Notes under the pieces: model-generated
The model's database searches: none
What the model was told of the DNA's origin: nothing
What the model saw: only the letters and a program-made list of their open reading frames with translations
Made by a program: the position numbers and the translations under genes
In this document: one piece after another, positions 39,539 to 52,159 of the stretch
Position numbering within the stretch: the stretch's first letter is position 1
Layout of the letters: each line of letters starts with the position of its first letter
Origin: Octopus sinensis
Lineage: Eukaryota
DNA: 64,000 nt
NCBI RefSeq assembly: GCF_006345805.1
Contig: NW_021835475.1
Span: 1-64,000 of the forward strand
Reading direction: 5' to 3'

Positions 39539-40299
39539 AACTACTACTACTACTACTACTACTACTACCACAACTACTATTCCCACGCACACGTTGTTAC
39601 CTGTCGCTGAAATTGATTAACTGTTTTGACTTAGTGTAATTAATTACTGAGTTATATCTCTTGGGATACTGGCAGAGCAGACAGGGGCTACCGGGGTGAG
39701 AGGGGTGAGGGTGAGGGTGGTGGTGGTGGTGATGATGGTGGTGATGGTTGAAGCGGTGGTGTTGGTGGTGGCAGTAGTAGCTAAGTCCAATTTGATGTTT
39801 TAGACCCCCCTCTCCTTCTTTAAGTGTAAAACCAACACTGAAAAAAGTTAACAGAAATGCATGCGTGTACGTGTGTGTGCGCGAGCATATGCCTGTGTGT
39901 GTGTGTATGTATGTATGTATGTATGTATGTATGTATGTATGTACGCGTTTATGCATGTATATACTCTCACATACATATAATTTTAGACAAGCTATATCTG
40001 AATAAAATACTGGATGGCCATGTCCGGAAGCAACTTTCATTAAGGGTCTGCTTGAACAGGGTTGACTTTGTTAACTTGATCTCGAAACAAGATCATCATC
40101 ATCACCATCATCATCAGTAGTAGTAAAAAACAGCAATAGCAACGACAAGAAGAAAAAAAATGACATTAGCAACAGCGAAAACAACAACAACATTAAATCT
40201 GATCCAAGGAAAATAAAAATTTACAAGAAAAACTTTTTAAAATGTCTACATCAACAAGTGAAGACGAATTACGATAGAAAAAAAAAGAAGAGAAAGAAC

Positions 40300-40570
40300 G
40301 TTATCACGTGGTTATAATGACGTCATTGTTTGACATCTGTGACCTCCATCGACCATCACCTCATTGTCCCCCCCCTCCACCACCACCACCACCACCACCA
40401 CCTCAGTCCCGACGCCGCCACACCGCCATAACCTCTTCCAGTTAGTTCTATATATCATATTAGTAATCTTGCATCATCTTCTGACAAAGACGTTACATTC
40501 ACGAACGACCACGTGAACAAACCTGGAGTGAACGAACCAAAATGGCCGCTTCAGTTGGCCGCCATATTTC
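40300..40570. promoter_or_regulatory. Candidate enhancer/promoter motif cluster
   Basis: CACGTG (40305), palindromic AATGACGTCATT (40316-40327), CACGTG (40510), and inverted YY1-like pair CAAAATGGCCGC / GCCGCCATATTT (40538-40569). Confidence 0.35.
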
Positions 40571-41016
40571 TTAACTTATTTATTTATCTATCTACCTATC
40601 AATTTATTTCATCGATTTATTTATTTGCTTATTTATTCGTCTATTTATTTGCTTATTTGACTATTTATTTATGTATTTGCCTATTTATTTAGTTATTTAG
40701 TTATTTTCTGACTGATTTATTTGACACAGTCGCTAAATGATAAACTGTGAGTTTCTTGGAATTCGAGGCCGTGGCTGCTGTTGTTTCTGTTGTTGTTGTT
40801 GTTGCTGTTGTTGATATTGTTGTTTTTATTGTTGATATTGGTGGTGATGATGATGGTGGCAGCATGTCGTGGTAGTGATGAGGTCGGTCCCAATAATTCA
40901 TTGCCCTGTGTGCTCCGAGCATCACATCATATTTAATTTTATATTTTGTCATCGTCGATGCTGCTGTTGTTGTTGTTGTTGTTGCCACCGCCGCCGCCGC
41001 AGTCACTGCTGCTGCT

Positions 41017-41049
<33 letters not shown>

Positions 41050-41104
41050 GTTGTTGTTGTCGTTGCTTTTGTCATCATCCAAGATTTTTGTATCTTAGAT
41101 GTAC

Positions 41105-41330
41105 TCTTTTACTCATTTACTCTTTTACTCGTTTCGTTCATTTGACTGCGGCCATGCTGGAGCACCGCCTTTTAGTCGAGCAAATCGACCCCAGGACTTA
41201 TTCTTTGTAAGCCTAGTACTTATTCTATCGGTTACTTTTGCCGAACCGCTAAGTTATGGGGACGTAAACACACCAGCATCGGTTGTCAAGCGATGTTGGG
41301 GGGGGGGCAAACACAGACACACAAACACAG
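41105..41330 (-). mobile_element. SINE family B 3' half
   Basis: Close match to the other family B tails. Confidence 0.85.
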
Positions 41331-41342
41331 ACACACACCCAC

Positions 41343-41430
<88 letters not shown>

Positions 41431-41473
41431 TACCAGTTGAGTATTGGGGTCGATGCAATTGACTTAAAATTTC

Positions 41474-41806
41474 GGATCTTTACCTTTTCCCGACAGATTT
41501 AAAAAATTATTTTTTGTAGCTAAACACTTTCGAACACTGGATCGAAGAAGATTCACACCGCGAGAAGTTGTTGTTGACAAACAACAGCAGTAATTTTATG
41601 CAGCTGAACACACGTCATTGATTGGTTGAAATTACCGAAATACGACAACTTTAACACGAAATAACTTCCAAAATACAGAATTTTCTCAACAACACCAAGA
41701 GTAAAAGATGTTTTATGTGACACATTCTACCAGTATACGAAGTTTGAAAGTGTTTAGCTACAAAAAAAATTATTATTTAAATCTGTCGGTCAAAAGGCAA
41801 ATATCC
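41474..41806. mobile_element. MITE with ~65-bp terminal inverted repeats (GG...CC termini; Merlin/MULE-like)
   Basis: GGATCTTTACCTTTTCCCGACAGATTTAAA...GTAGCTAAACACTTTC is mirrored at the right end; degenerate 8-bp flanks aaaatttc / aaaacctc. Confidence 0.75.
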
Positions 41807-41829
41807 AAAACCTCCACCGAAATTAAAAC

Positions 41830-41864
<35 letters not shown>

Positions 41865-41870
41865 TATTAT

Positions 41871-42404
41871 TGAGTGAGAGAGCAGTGCATGCCATCAAAG
41901 TGACACTGGGGTAAAATATACGAAGCCCAATATACCCATCATGACTACCCGTCTGATAAGGGTACACCAGGCACATGCATCACAACCATATGTGCGCGAC
42001 ATGGTAATCTCATATCAAGATAAACAGCACATGACCTTGCAGGTGGGGCCCAGTTAGAATTTTCTTCAGGTTGAGTAGCCCATCCCGCTCAAAGGTCCCT
42101 GAATAAGGGTTGTTTAAGGATGTTGAAAGAACCACCCATGTTTCCAGAGGTGAACTATTCAAACCCCAAAGAATCCCTCTCAACACATGGCTATGATGCT
42201 CCCCCACTACTTCTGCTCGTGATCAGAGATGCACATATCGTCAACTGGTTAAGGTCAAACAACTGACAAGCAAATCTGTGGTATTGAGCAGAATATTTGC
42301 TGTAGCCCATCTTTTATACCAAGACAAAACAATGTACATGATAACACTTCCAATCAGTTAAGATCAGAAGCCATGAGAGCCACTGCCTGGTACTGCATCA
42401 GGGC
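41871..42404 (-). mobile_element. Non-coding retroposon inserted in (TAA)n, probably R4/Dong-related
   Basis: Flanked on both sides by (TAA)n in element orientation; a second copy lies at 61076-61552. Clade assignment is inferred from target preference only. Confidence 0.6.
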
Positions 42405-42715
42405 ATTATTATTATTATTATTATTATTATATTATTATTGCTGGTCTTGTGCCGAAATTTGAAACTATAATAGGTGTGTTGCATCAGGAATGACCTAGAG
42501 CTAAAGAAGAACAACAACAGCAACGATGATGACAGCAACAATTGGACAAAAGAAGGGAAAATCGGTGAGAGAGAAAATTCCTTGAAGGGGTTTTTTGAAG
42601 CGTTAATAGTGCCATCTTTCGAAAGAGCTGCACATACATACATACACACATACATACATACACACATGCACTTTACATATATATATATATATATATATAA
42701 TATATATATATATAT

Positions 42716-42750
<35 letters not shown>

Positions 42751-43525
42751 ATATCTGTTCTTTCGTTTCTTGTGTCAGGTGAGGAGAGATAAAAAGAAAC
42801 AGCAAGAACAGGTGAGGTGCATTGTTTGAAGAGATAAAAGGGAAAGTGAGAACAGGTAAGATGTATTGTTTCGGGAGAGACACAAGAAGACGATGGGCGG
42901 TAGCGGTGGTGGTGGTGGGAGGTGGGAGGTGGATCGAAGAAGAAGATACCGGAGAAGAGGAGGAGGACTGAAGGAGATGAAGGTGGTGGTGGTGGTGGTG
43001 GTGGCGGTGGTGGGAAATGAATCGAAGAAGATACTGGAGGGGGGGAGCGGAGGAGGGAGAGAACTGAAGAAGACGTAGGTGGTGGTGGCGGTGGTAAGAG
43101 GAGAAGGCGATGGGTTGGTCGGGAGGACGAGAATCGAAGAGAAAAAGATGCTGGTGGGGGTTGATGGTGTTGTTGTTGGTGGTGGTGGTGGTGGAAGAAG
43201 AATTCAGGGGGACGAGGGTGATGGTGGGAGGAAGACAAAGATTGAGGAAGGTGGCGGCGGCGTTGAGAGGAAAAGAATTGAAGGAGTGGAAGGGAGAGAG
43301 GCCCACGGGAGCAGAAGAGGACAAAAGAGGAATAAGGTGACGGTGGTAATGGGGGAGTGGGGAAGGAAGGGGAGAGTGGAATAAGGGAAAGGTTATGTAA
43401 TTAGGGAGGTCGTGAAAGGGCCAGCAGCGTGTACAACTAACATATATATATCTATATATATACACACACACATATATATATATCTATATATATGTATATA
43501 TATATATAATATATATAATATATAT

Positions 43526-43571
<46 letters not shown>

Positions 43572-43586
43572 TATATGCATACATAT

Positions 43587-43650
<64 letters not shown>

Positions 43651-43936
43651 ATGAGATAGATGTATATATATGTGTATGCATATATACACATATATATATA
43701 TATATACATATATATATGTGTGTGTGTCTGTGTTTAATCACACGAAAATATATACACATACACATACATGTATACATACGTGTATCTGTGCACGTTCCCA
43801 GTTTACACACACACACACACACACATATATACATACGTACACACATATATACGTGCATCCATATATTATATAACGGTGTTTGTGTGTGTGTGTGTGTAAA
43901 CTGGGAACGCTTTTTCTTTCAAACGTGTCATATTAT

Positions 43937-44190
43937 GTGAAGGCACGTGGCGTAGTGGTTAGGGGCGTTGCATTTACGATCGCGAAATCATGGTTTCGCT
44001 TCCAGGTCTGGGTGATGCGTTGTGTTCTTGAGCAAAACACTTCATTTCACATTGCCCCTGTCCACTCAGCTGTAAATGAGTATCCTTGCAATAGACCGGT
44101 GCCCCGTACAAAATGAGTGTTGTGGTCTCGGTCCTTTATACCCCACGAAAACTGAGTTCCCAGCCTTAATAAATCCGTGGGCTCGAAAAC
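43937..44190 (+). mobile_element. tRNA-derived SINE (family A-like head)
   Basis: gtgaaggcacgtggcgtagtggttagg...tggtttcgcttcc A/B boxes. Confidence 0.75.
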
Positions 44191-44297
44191 ACTACTTACC
44201 GTTATATTCAAAATCACCACAATGCTTATGTGTGATTATCTCTATTCAGGAATTTTTTTTTCTTTTTTGATATTTCGTTAATTATTATTAGGCTAAA

Positions 44298-44685
44298 GGC
44301 GGCGAGCTGGCAGAAACGTTAGCACGCCGGGCGAAATGCTTAGCGATATTTCGTCTGCGGCTACGTTCTGAGTTCAAATTCCGCCGAGGTCAACTTTGCC
44401 TTTCATCCTTTCGGGGTCGATTAAATAAGTACTAGTTGCGCACTGGGGTCGATATAATCGACTTAATCCGTTTGTCTGTCCTTGTTTGTCCTCTCTACCT
44501 TGTGGGTAGTAAAGAAATAGGTATTTCGCCCGTCGCTACGTTCTGAGTTCAAATTCCGCCGAGGTCCACTTTGCTTTTCATCCTTTCGGGGTCGATAAAT
44601 TAAGTACCAGTTGCGTACTGGGGTCGATGTAATCGACTTACCCCTCCCACCAAAATGCTTGCCCTTGTGGCAAAATTTGAAACGG
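44298..44685 (+). mobile_element. SINE family C, full copy plus a tandem partial copy
   Basis: Head ggcggcgagctggcagaaacgttagc; the core occurs twice. Confidence 0.85.
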
Positions 44686-44764
44686 TTAAATAATATTACT
44701 CTTGAACCTGCTAATTTAATTAGCATGAATGCTATCTTGAGGACTGGTGACAGCATCTCCTCAA

Positions 44765-44985
44765 ATCCCAAGAATCTCGTTTAGGATTCTTGCAGAATAT
44801 AGAATGGTACTTTTCTGCAGGTTGACAATGTGAGTTTCAACTCTTTCTGTCTTTTAGGTAGCCTTTTGGGTCTTGAGCCAAATGCAGCAATTACTACAAG
44901 AATAATGGTTGCTTTGGTCTTCCACAATCTCCTCAGCTCTCTGCCTAAATCCTGATATTTCTCATTTTCTCAATTTCATCCACCT
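44765..44985 (-). mobile_element. RLE-type (R2/R4-Dong/NeSL) non-LTR retrotransposon C-terminal relic
   Basis: Minus translation EKYQDLGRELRRLWKTKATIILVVIAAFGS...NLQKSTILYSARILNEILGI* fits the K..KY..L restriction-like endonuclease tail. Confidence 0.8.
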
Positions 44986-45096
44986 TTACGTTCTGAGTTC
45001 AAATCCCGCCAAAGTCGACTTCGACTTTCACCTATCTATCTATATATATGTATGTATATAGATGTATGTATGTATGTATGTATGTATGTATGTATG

Positions 45097-45127
<31 letters not shown>

Positions 45128-45145
45128 AGAGAGAGTGAGAGAAAA

Positions 45146-45176
<31 letters not shown>

Positions 45177-45743
45177 GGGAGAGAGAGAGAGGGAGAGAGA
45201 GAGAGGGAGAGAGAGAGAGAGAGGGAGAGATATAGTACATGATCAGAAACAAACCAAATGTAAGGACAAAAAGTACTTGAGCAACAACAAATACAACAAA
45301 ACCAATAACAACAGCAACAACAACAACTGCACAAGAAACTCCAGTCTTATATTCCTCCTTCAAAATACACACCATCCTGGCCCGGGGTCTGGCGCATGGC
45401 GCTTGTTCTAGAGCATCGTCTGCTTCGACTATCGTATAGAAGTTAATATGAATGGAAGCCATTGAGCAGAAGTCTTCCATTTCACTTCACACATCAAATG
45501 GAGACCAAGAAACTTGTTTTGTCTTTAGGGGGGAGTTTCACCCCAGTTCGTCTCTAATCTATAGTCAATGGGTTTTTTTTTTCTTTTCTTGTGGTGGTGA
45601 ACACGTGTATTGCTGGATTATATATGTGTGTGTATATGCGCGTGTACGTGAGGTGAGTGTGTATGTGTTTGTGTTTGTGTGAATGTGTGTATATATATGT
45701 ATATATGTGTGTATATCTATCTATCTCTCTCTATATATATATA

Positions 45744-46141
45744 GGCGCAGGAGTGGCTGTGTGGTAAGTAGTTTGCTAACCAACCATATTGTTCCGGGTT
45801 CAGTCCCACTGCGTGGCATCTTGGGCAAGTGTCTTCTGCTATAGTCCCGGGCCGACCAATGCCTTGTGAGTGGATTTGGTAGACGGAAACTGAAAGAAGC
45901 CTGTCGTATATATGTATATATATATATATGTGTGTGTGTGTGTATGTGCTTGTGTGTCTGTGTTTGTCCCCCTAACATTGCTTGACAACCGATGCTGGCG
46001 TGTTTACGTCCCCGTCACTTAGCGGTTCGGCAAAAGAGACCGATAGAATAAGTACTGGGCTTACAAAGAATAATTCCCGGGGTCGATTTGCTCGACTAAA
46101 GGCGGCGCTCCAGCATGGCCGCAGTTAAATGACTGAAACAA
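45744..46141 (+). mobile_element. Full-length SINE family B
   Basis: Best-preserved family B copy; another head lies at 46270-46425. Confidence 0.9.
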
Positions 46142-46665
46142 CACATTTATATATAGATATACATATATATGTATATATACAATATATGTTTATACATGGA
46201 TATATTTATACATATATGTATACACACACACACACACCAGACACGCGCACACACACACAGATATAAAGAGGTGCAGATATGGATGTGTGGTAAGACTTTT
46301 GCTTCCCAACCACATGGTTCCGGGTTCAACCACACTGCGTGGCATCTTGGACAACTGCAAGCGTCTTCTGCTATAGCCCTGTGTCGAGTGGATTACGTAA
46401 ACCGAAACTGAAAGAAGCCCCTCGTATATATATATATTAAATATATACACACACACACACACATATATATGAAGAAGGGTCCTTTCTCTGTGTTTACTTG
46501 TCCTGTTTTCCAGTTTTTTCTTGTTGTTTACGTATTTCATGTTATTTGTACTGTTGGTGACGTCCTGTATATATGTAGATATTATATATTATATATATTA
46601 TATATATAGATATATATATATATATATATTATATAAGAATTATATATATAGATATAGTATAGATA

Positions 46666-46720
<55 letters not shown>

Positions 46721-46746
46721 AATATACATACATATATATATATTAT

Positions 46747-46777
<31 letters not shown>

Positions 46778-47209
46778 TATATATATATGTATGTATGTAT
46801 ATATTATATATTATATATTATATATTATATATATATATGGCCTGCTCGCTTAGCCAGCGGGGTGGCGTCATTCGAAGGCTAAAACAATGCGAACGCATTG
46901 TGACCAGCGATGTGTAACTACATCTGATGGACTGGTCGGTCACGTGATGGTGATGATGATGGATATTATATATATATATACGAGCAAAACGCCCCCACCA
47001 CTCCGTCCAATGGACGGTGCTGAGTTGTCAAACATTTAAACCAAATTTTCTCGAAACAACTTGTCCGACCGTTCCATAGGACTCCCCTATGAGAAACACT
47101 GATTTAACCTAAATTTGAGGCACCAGCAAAAGAAGAAATAAAGATAGCCTTTTTTTTCTAATCCAAAGAAAAACGATTTTATTCAAACAAATATGCAACA
47201 GAAGAGTTT

Positions 47210-47735
47210 AACGCATCCTTTCCACAAGAAGCGGAAGAGAATGCGCTCCAGTTTGGTGATGGTAGGGTCGGCACAAGGCACGACGGTCAGGCGATAGTAG
47301 ATGACGAACGCGATGTACGTGTTCGCCACCTCCGCCCGACCTTTTAGGGACAGCTTCCTCTCGGCCCATTGCCGGGCGTGAGTGACCACCCTACTCATTA
47401 TCTCGTTCCAGTTCTTCTCCGTTTGGAGGTCCGGACCAAACCAGACCCCGAGCAAGTCGACCGGAGCTTCGGTCCAGCGTCCCATGACGGAGGCGCTGTT
47501 GGACGGCATGGGCTTGCTTCTCCAGATGCCGAGCCGCAAGCCCACTGACCTTTCCCGGTTGATTTTCGCTCCTGTTACAGCTTCGTAGTCTTTCAGTGTC
47601 TCGCCGACCAGCTCGATGTGCTCCTGGCTAGACACTATGACGGTGATGACGTCCGCATATGCGGACACGCTCGTCCCGCATCCCAATTCTCGCGGGATGC
47701 CCCTCAGCGTCGCCAGCTTCCGCAGTAGTGGCTCA

Positions 47736-47736
<1 letters not shown>
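47210..47736 (-). mobile_element. Tx1/L1-clade LINE reverse transcriptase fragment
   Basis: IEPLLRKL...VSAYADVITV (YADD motif decayed)...TGAKINRERS...LLGVWFG...W..RKLSLKGRAEVAN...FRFLWKG. Confidence 0.88.
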
Positions 47737-47804
<68 letters not shown>

Positions 47805-47828
47805 CAGATCGATAGATAGATAGGTAGG

Positions 47829-47879
<51 letters not shown>

Positions 47880-47880
47880 G

Positions 47881-47955
<75 letters not shown>

Positions 47956-48024
47956 GAGAGAAACACAGTTTTCAGAGAAGTATAGAAAAGCGATAGGAGT
48001 AAAAGACAAACATGTATGTTTGTA

Positions 48025-48058
<34 letters not shown>

Positions 48059-48799
48059 CGTGTGTGTGTTTATACACGTATACGTTTGTTTATATGTGTG
48101 TAATTGTATACATGTGTATATTGAAGCGAGAGAAAGAGAGAAAGCTATAAGGAAAGAAGAATATTTGGTAATCAGCAACTTTCGAAACTGGGGCCATTGT
48201 TAAGGTTTCGGAAAACTAATTTAATTTACCACCTTAACAGCAGCAGCAACAACAACACTAATAATATTAATAAGTGGCTGAATGATTGAAGTGTAAAAAA
48301 ACAAAAAACAAATAAAGGTAATAAAATAAATGAAAATCAGGGAGACATCTCCGCCTTAGGGGTCGGTGAAAGTGTGAAACGACTTGTTGGCACATTTTAA
48401 CTCAGGTATTGAAAGATTCAAACGAAGAGTTTGCTTTCAAACACGTCACGTGGTTAATTACTAGAATTCTAGTGAGTGAAAGGATTCAGTGAAAATTGTT
48501 TGGCATCTTGTCAGCGAACTTTCCCCTTCGTTATCCTTTTTCATTCTTTTTTTCGCTTTGCGAGGGAATTTGGCAAACATGTCTGCTGCTTGTTGTCTGT
48601 TGAAAACTCTGGTGTTGTAAAAACAATGACGACGACGACGACGACGACGACATAATCGAAATAAAGCAACAACGATGATGGACGCCGAGTACAATGTCTT
48701 TTGTTCAACCTATGAACCTAGAGAAGCAGTTTTCGACGCCATATTTAATAGTTTTCCATCAATATCGTCTCACATATCTCTACATATATTATAGTATAT

Positions 48800-49088
48800 G
48801 TGAAGGCGCGTGGCCTAGTGGCTAAGGGAGCTGCACGCGAGATCGTGGTTTCGATTCTCAGACTGACTGTCCGTTGTGTTCTTGAGCTAAACACTTTATT
48901 TTATGTTGCTCCAGTCCGTTTAGCTATAAATTAATAGCTCTACTACGGACTGGCGTACCATTTAAGGGGAATGTAAGCCAGCTCGCCAAGTCAGTAAGCT
49001 GGTGTCATTCGAAAGCTATAACAATACGATGAAGTGCTTTGTGACCAGCGGTGTATAACAACATCCGATAAACCGGTCGATACCGTGG
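48800..49088 (+). mobile_element. tRNA-derived SINE with a perfect 13-bp TSD
   Basis: TATTATAGTATAT at 48787 and 49089; A/B boxes. Tail shared with 46840-46955. Confidence 0.85.
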
Positions 49089-49317
49089 TATTATAGTATA
49101 TATCATTTATCTTTTACTTGTTTCAGTCATTGGACTGCGGTCATGCAGGGGCACAGATTCAAGGATTTCAGTCGAATAAATTTTATTCTTTTTTTTAAAT
49201 CTAGCTTTTATTCTGTCGGTCTCTTAAGCCAAACGATTGAGATACGTTTACGTAGACAAAACAACACCAATCGTCAGGCGGTAGTAGAGGCATAAATACA
49301 CACACACACACACAACC

Positions 49318-49600
49318 TAAAAGAAAAATCTGAAGCGATGCAATGTTCCCTTTTCTTTCTGGGAAAACAAAAGCATCAGAAGGCAGGACCTGGTGCCAGA
49401 CCTGCTTCTCCTCGGTTCAAAGATTTTAGCAAAGTCGACTCCAGTATAAGGATCAGCTTTGTGCAAGCATGAAGACCCAGTGGCAAAACGCTGCTCCTTT
49501 AAATGGAGACCTTTACCTGTGAATGTGGTTTTGTGATACGAAGCAAAGCAGGCCCTGCTGTTCACTGAAGAAAATACGTAGTAAATGATTCACAAGCACT
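49318..49600 (+). mobile_element. RTE-clade LINE C-terminal relic with a zinc knuckle
   Basis: KNLKRCNVPFSFWE...RTWCQTCFSSVQRF...TCECGFVIRSKAGPAVH across frameshifts. Confidence 0.6.
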
Positions 49601-49854
49601 CATGCAAACTGAGTCCTCAACTTGTTCCGTTTGCCAAAAGGTTAGCAAGGCACCAGCATGCCTAAGGGACACATTCGTGCCCCTTTATTTTACTGAACCC
49701 TCATTTGTGGTTCACAACAAGAGAATCTGTCATGCTCAGATAAAAAAGAAGTAAAAAAAGTATTTGAGTTTAATCGTTGACTGTGAAAATAGACAAATAT
49801 ATGTGTAGATGGATAAACGTATATACTGTATGTGTAAAAAAAAAATGATAATAA

Positions 49855-50104
49855 ATGCGCCCCTTTAAAGCCTAGTCAGGCTCATGGGCCCGGCTTCCCG
49901 GTTTCAATGGCGTGTATGTTCCCTAGTTAAACGGGACCCCAGTCCATCGCAGCGTTACTCATTTTTGCCAGCTGAGTGGACTGGAACAACGTGAAATTAA
50001 GTGTTTTGCTCAAGAACACAACGCGTCACCCGGTCCAGGAATCGAAACCACAATCTTACGATCATGATGCTGTCACCCCTAACCACTAAGCCACGCGCCT
50101 CCAC
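49855..50104 (-). mobile_element. tRNA-derived SINE (family A variant)
   Basis: A/B-box head on the minus strand; tail closely matches 861-965. Confidence 0.85.
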
Positions 50105-50347
50105 ATATATTTGCAGAAAAGAAACAAAATGCTTATAAAATGCTTATTTTAAATTATATTATTTGTAAGGCGGCCAGCTGGCAGAAACGTTAGCACGTAC
50201 CAGTTGCGTACTGGTGTCGATCTAATCGACTTGCCCCCTCCACCAAAATTTCGGGTCTTGTGCCTAAAGTAGAAAAGAATATTGTATTATTTGTTTATAA
50301 TATAAATTATAAGATTTTTAAAATGTCAACTTTTATTGTATTCATTA

Positions 50348-50746
50348 CTAGCAGTATCGCCCGGCGTTGCTCGGATTTGTAAGGGAAATAACTATATAAG
50401 CATTTTTAGAGGGTTATAGCCAAAAAATAGCAAAAAAATGCATTAAAAATGGAAAATAAATTATGGTAAATTTTTTTTAAAAATCGTTGACTCATCGTAG
50501 ACATTTTTAGAGAGTTACTTCCCTTATATAATAGCGAAAAAAATGCATTAAAATGGAAAAAATGATGGTAAATTTTTTTTAAAATCATAGACTCATCGTA
50601 GACGCGCGCTAATACCCAGAAGGGCTCGATATGAATCACGACTATAAGATACCCGGTTTTGGTTAAACTGCACCGCAAAATGTGGGAGTAGTTAGGAATC
50701 TAAATCGTGGGAGACAGACACACAACTTCACTTTTATATATAAAGA
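50348..50746 (-). mobile_element. Non-autonomous Helitron
   Basis: Minus strand: A|TC... start, GC-rich hairpin (ccgagcaacgccgg) ~10 nt before a CTAG|T end, no TSD; internal ~100-bp tandem duplication. Confidence 0.8.
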
Positions 50747-51069
50747 TATATATTGTTTCAGGTATAAATATAACATTACTAAGAAATATTACCTGTCCCT
50801 AGCACATTGAGGAAAAAATCTGCCTGTACGCCCAATGAGATAGTTTGAGAAGCACTGTTTTAGACAATCAAAACGGCTAAAGTTAGTCTTCCATAGAACT
50901 GTACTGTTTAGTTATCAGTCAAAATAATTTTTGACGGTCCAAGGGAATTAACGAATCATTTATTTGTTTATTCGTTAATCAGAGTCACCAGCCCTATATT
51001 AATACTAAACTTTTTCACAGCCACTGAGTTTTCCCGTAAGATCTCTTAAATTACCAATACTTATGTTTA

Positions 51070-51400
51070 TTGTATCTCTCGACGTGGCTACGAAGCTTCA
51101 ATCGAACACAGAAAAGTACGTGGGATGCACTAGAAACTCTCTCAAACAGCGTATTTCCAATCATTTGGCCTCCTTCAGAGTCCCGGAAAGGAGATACGTG
51201 ACATCGCTGGCCGGCCATATCTGGCAATTACGAGACGAGGAGATTCCCCACTCGATCGTATGGAGGATACTCGAGAAACCAGCCCCGTACATAAATGGGA
51301 CGAAATGGGGCAAGTTATGTATTGCCAAGCGCACGAGGATCCTTAAAGACTCGTTTGTGCCAAGGGGCACCCTGAACTCCAAGACAGAGATTTGCCTTCA
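51070..51400 (+). mobile_element. Penelope-like GIY-YIG endonuclease relic
   Basis: KYVGCTRNSLKQRISNHLASFR...TSLAGHIWQLRD...WRILEK..PY....KLC...LNSKTEI. Confidence 0.85.
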
Positions 51401-51409
51401 AATGACGCC

Positions 51410-51577
51410 AGTCCGCTGAGTAGGCCAAATCCCCCCTTCCCGGTCGAAGCGGATACTGGGGCAACGCGAAATCGTGAAATGCTCAAAAATACAACGCGCC
51501 GCCCCTTTAGGGAATCGAACCCGCGATCTAGCGATCTTGAGTCCAGCAGCCTAACCACTAGGCCACACACGCCTTCA
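51410..51577 (-). mobile_element. Decayed tRNA-derived SINE head
   Basis: Minus strand gtgaaggcgtgtgtggcctagtggttagg...gggttcgattccc. Confidence 0.7.
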
Positions 51578-51639
51578 CACACGCGCGCGCGCATGCCTAT
51601 GCTTGTGTATATTTATGTTCTTAAATACTATGCAGGATT

Positions 51640-51792
51640 ATACTATAATCAAAACTGTACCTGTTCAGTTGAGTGTCCAACGTGCGAGAGTGGTCCATTG
51701 GCAAGTCATATTCGCTTAGGTGCCAATGTGTGAGAATGGTCTCTAACTAACATTCAACTACAGTCTGTTGCCGGAAAGAAACACGTGTTGAG
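51640..51792 (+). promoter_or_regulatory. Putative POP5 core promoter / 5'UTR
   Basis: Unique sequence between a SINE and the ATG, with CCAAT-type boxes (attgg ~51697, ccaat 51723), ACTACA (51757), ETS-like CCGGAA (51771) and E-box CACGTG (51782). TATA-less housekeeping style. Confidence 0.55.
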
Positions 51793-51809
51793 ATGAGGTT
51801 CAAAAAACG
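51793..51809 (+). CDS. POP5: POP5 (RNase P/MRP subunit) coding exon 1: MRFKK + split Arg codon
   Basis: ATG AGG TTC AAA AAA CG|GTAAAC donor, with an in-frame TAA upstream at 51748. CG joins the C at 58075 to give MRFKKRYLL, matching the POP5 N-terminal M(V)RFKxRYL motif with a phase-2 first intron. Confidence 0.85.
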
Positions 51810-52159
51810 GTAAACATTATTTTTTCCAACATTCTACGTTTAATAACGTACACTATTATATATAAATATATATATATATATCTTTGCTGTCGCTGTCCGT
51901 ATTAAAATAATATTCTTGGTGTTTCCGTTTGTATACTCTTTATATTTGTTTTCAGCTATTATTCTGCGGCCATGCTGGTGCAAGGCCTTGAAGGGATTTC
52001 CCGAACAAATCGACCCCAATATCTCATTCTCTTAAAGCCTAGCACTGTAGTCTCCCCTTTTGCCTATCCGCTGTGTTACGGGGACAACAGTAGTCGAACG
52101 GCGGTCACAGGCAAACTCAGGACACACACACTCACATATATATATGCCATGATAGATCG

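Noticed and set aside
47183-47686. Intact reverse transcriptase gene
   Set aside because: Only an internal Tx1/L1 fragment with YADD decayed to YADV, truncated at both ends.
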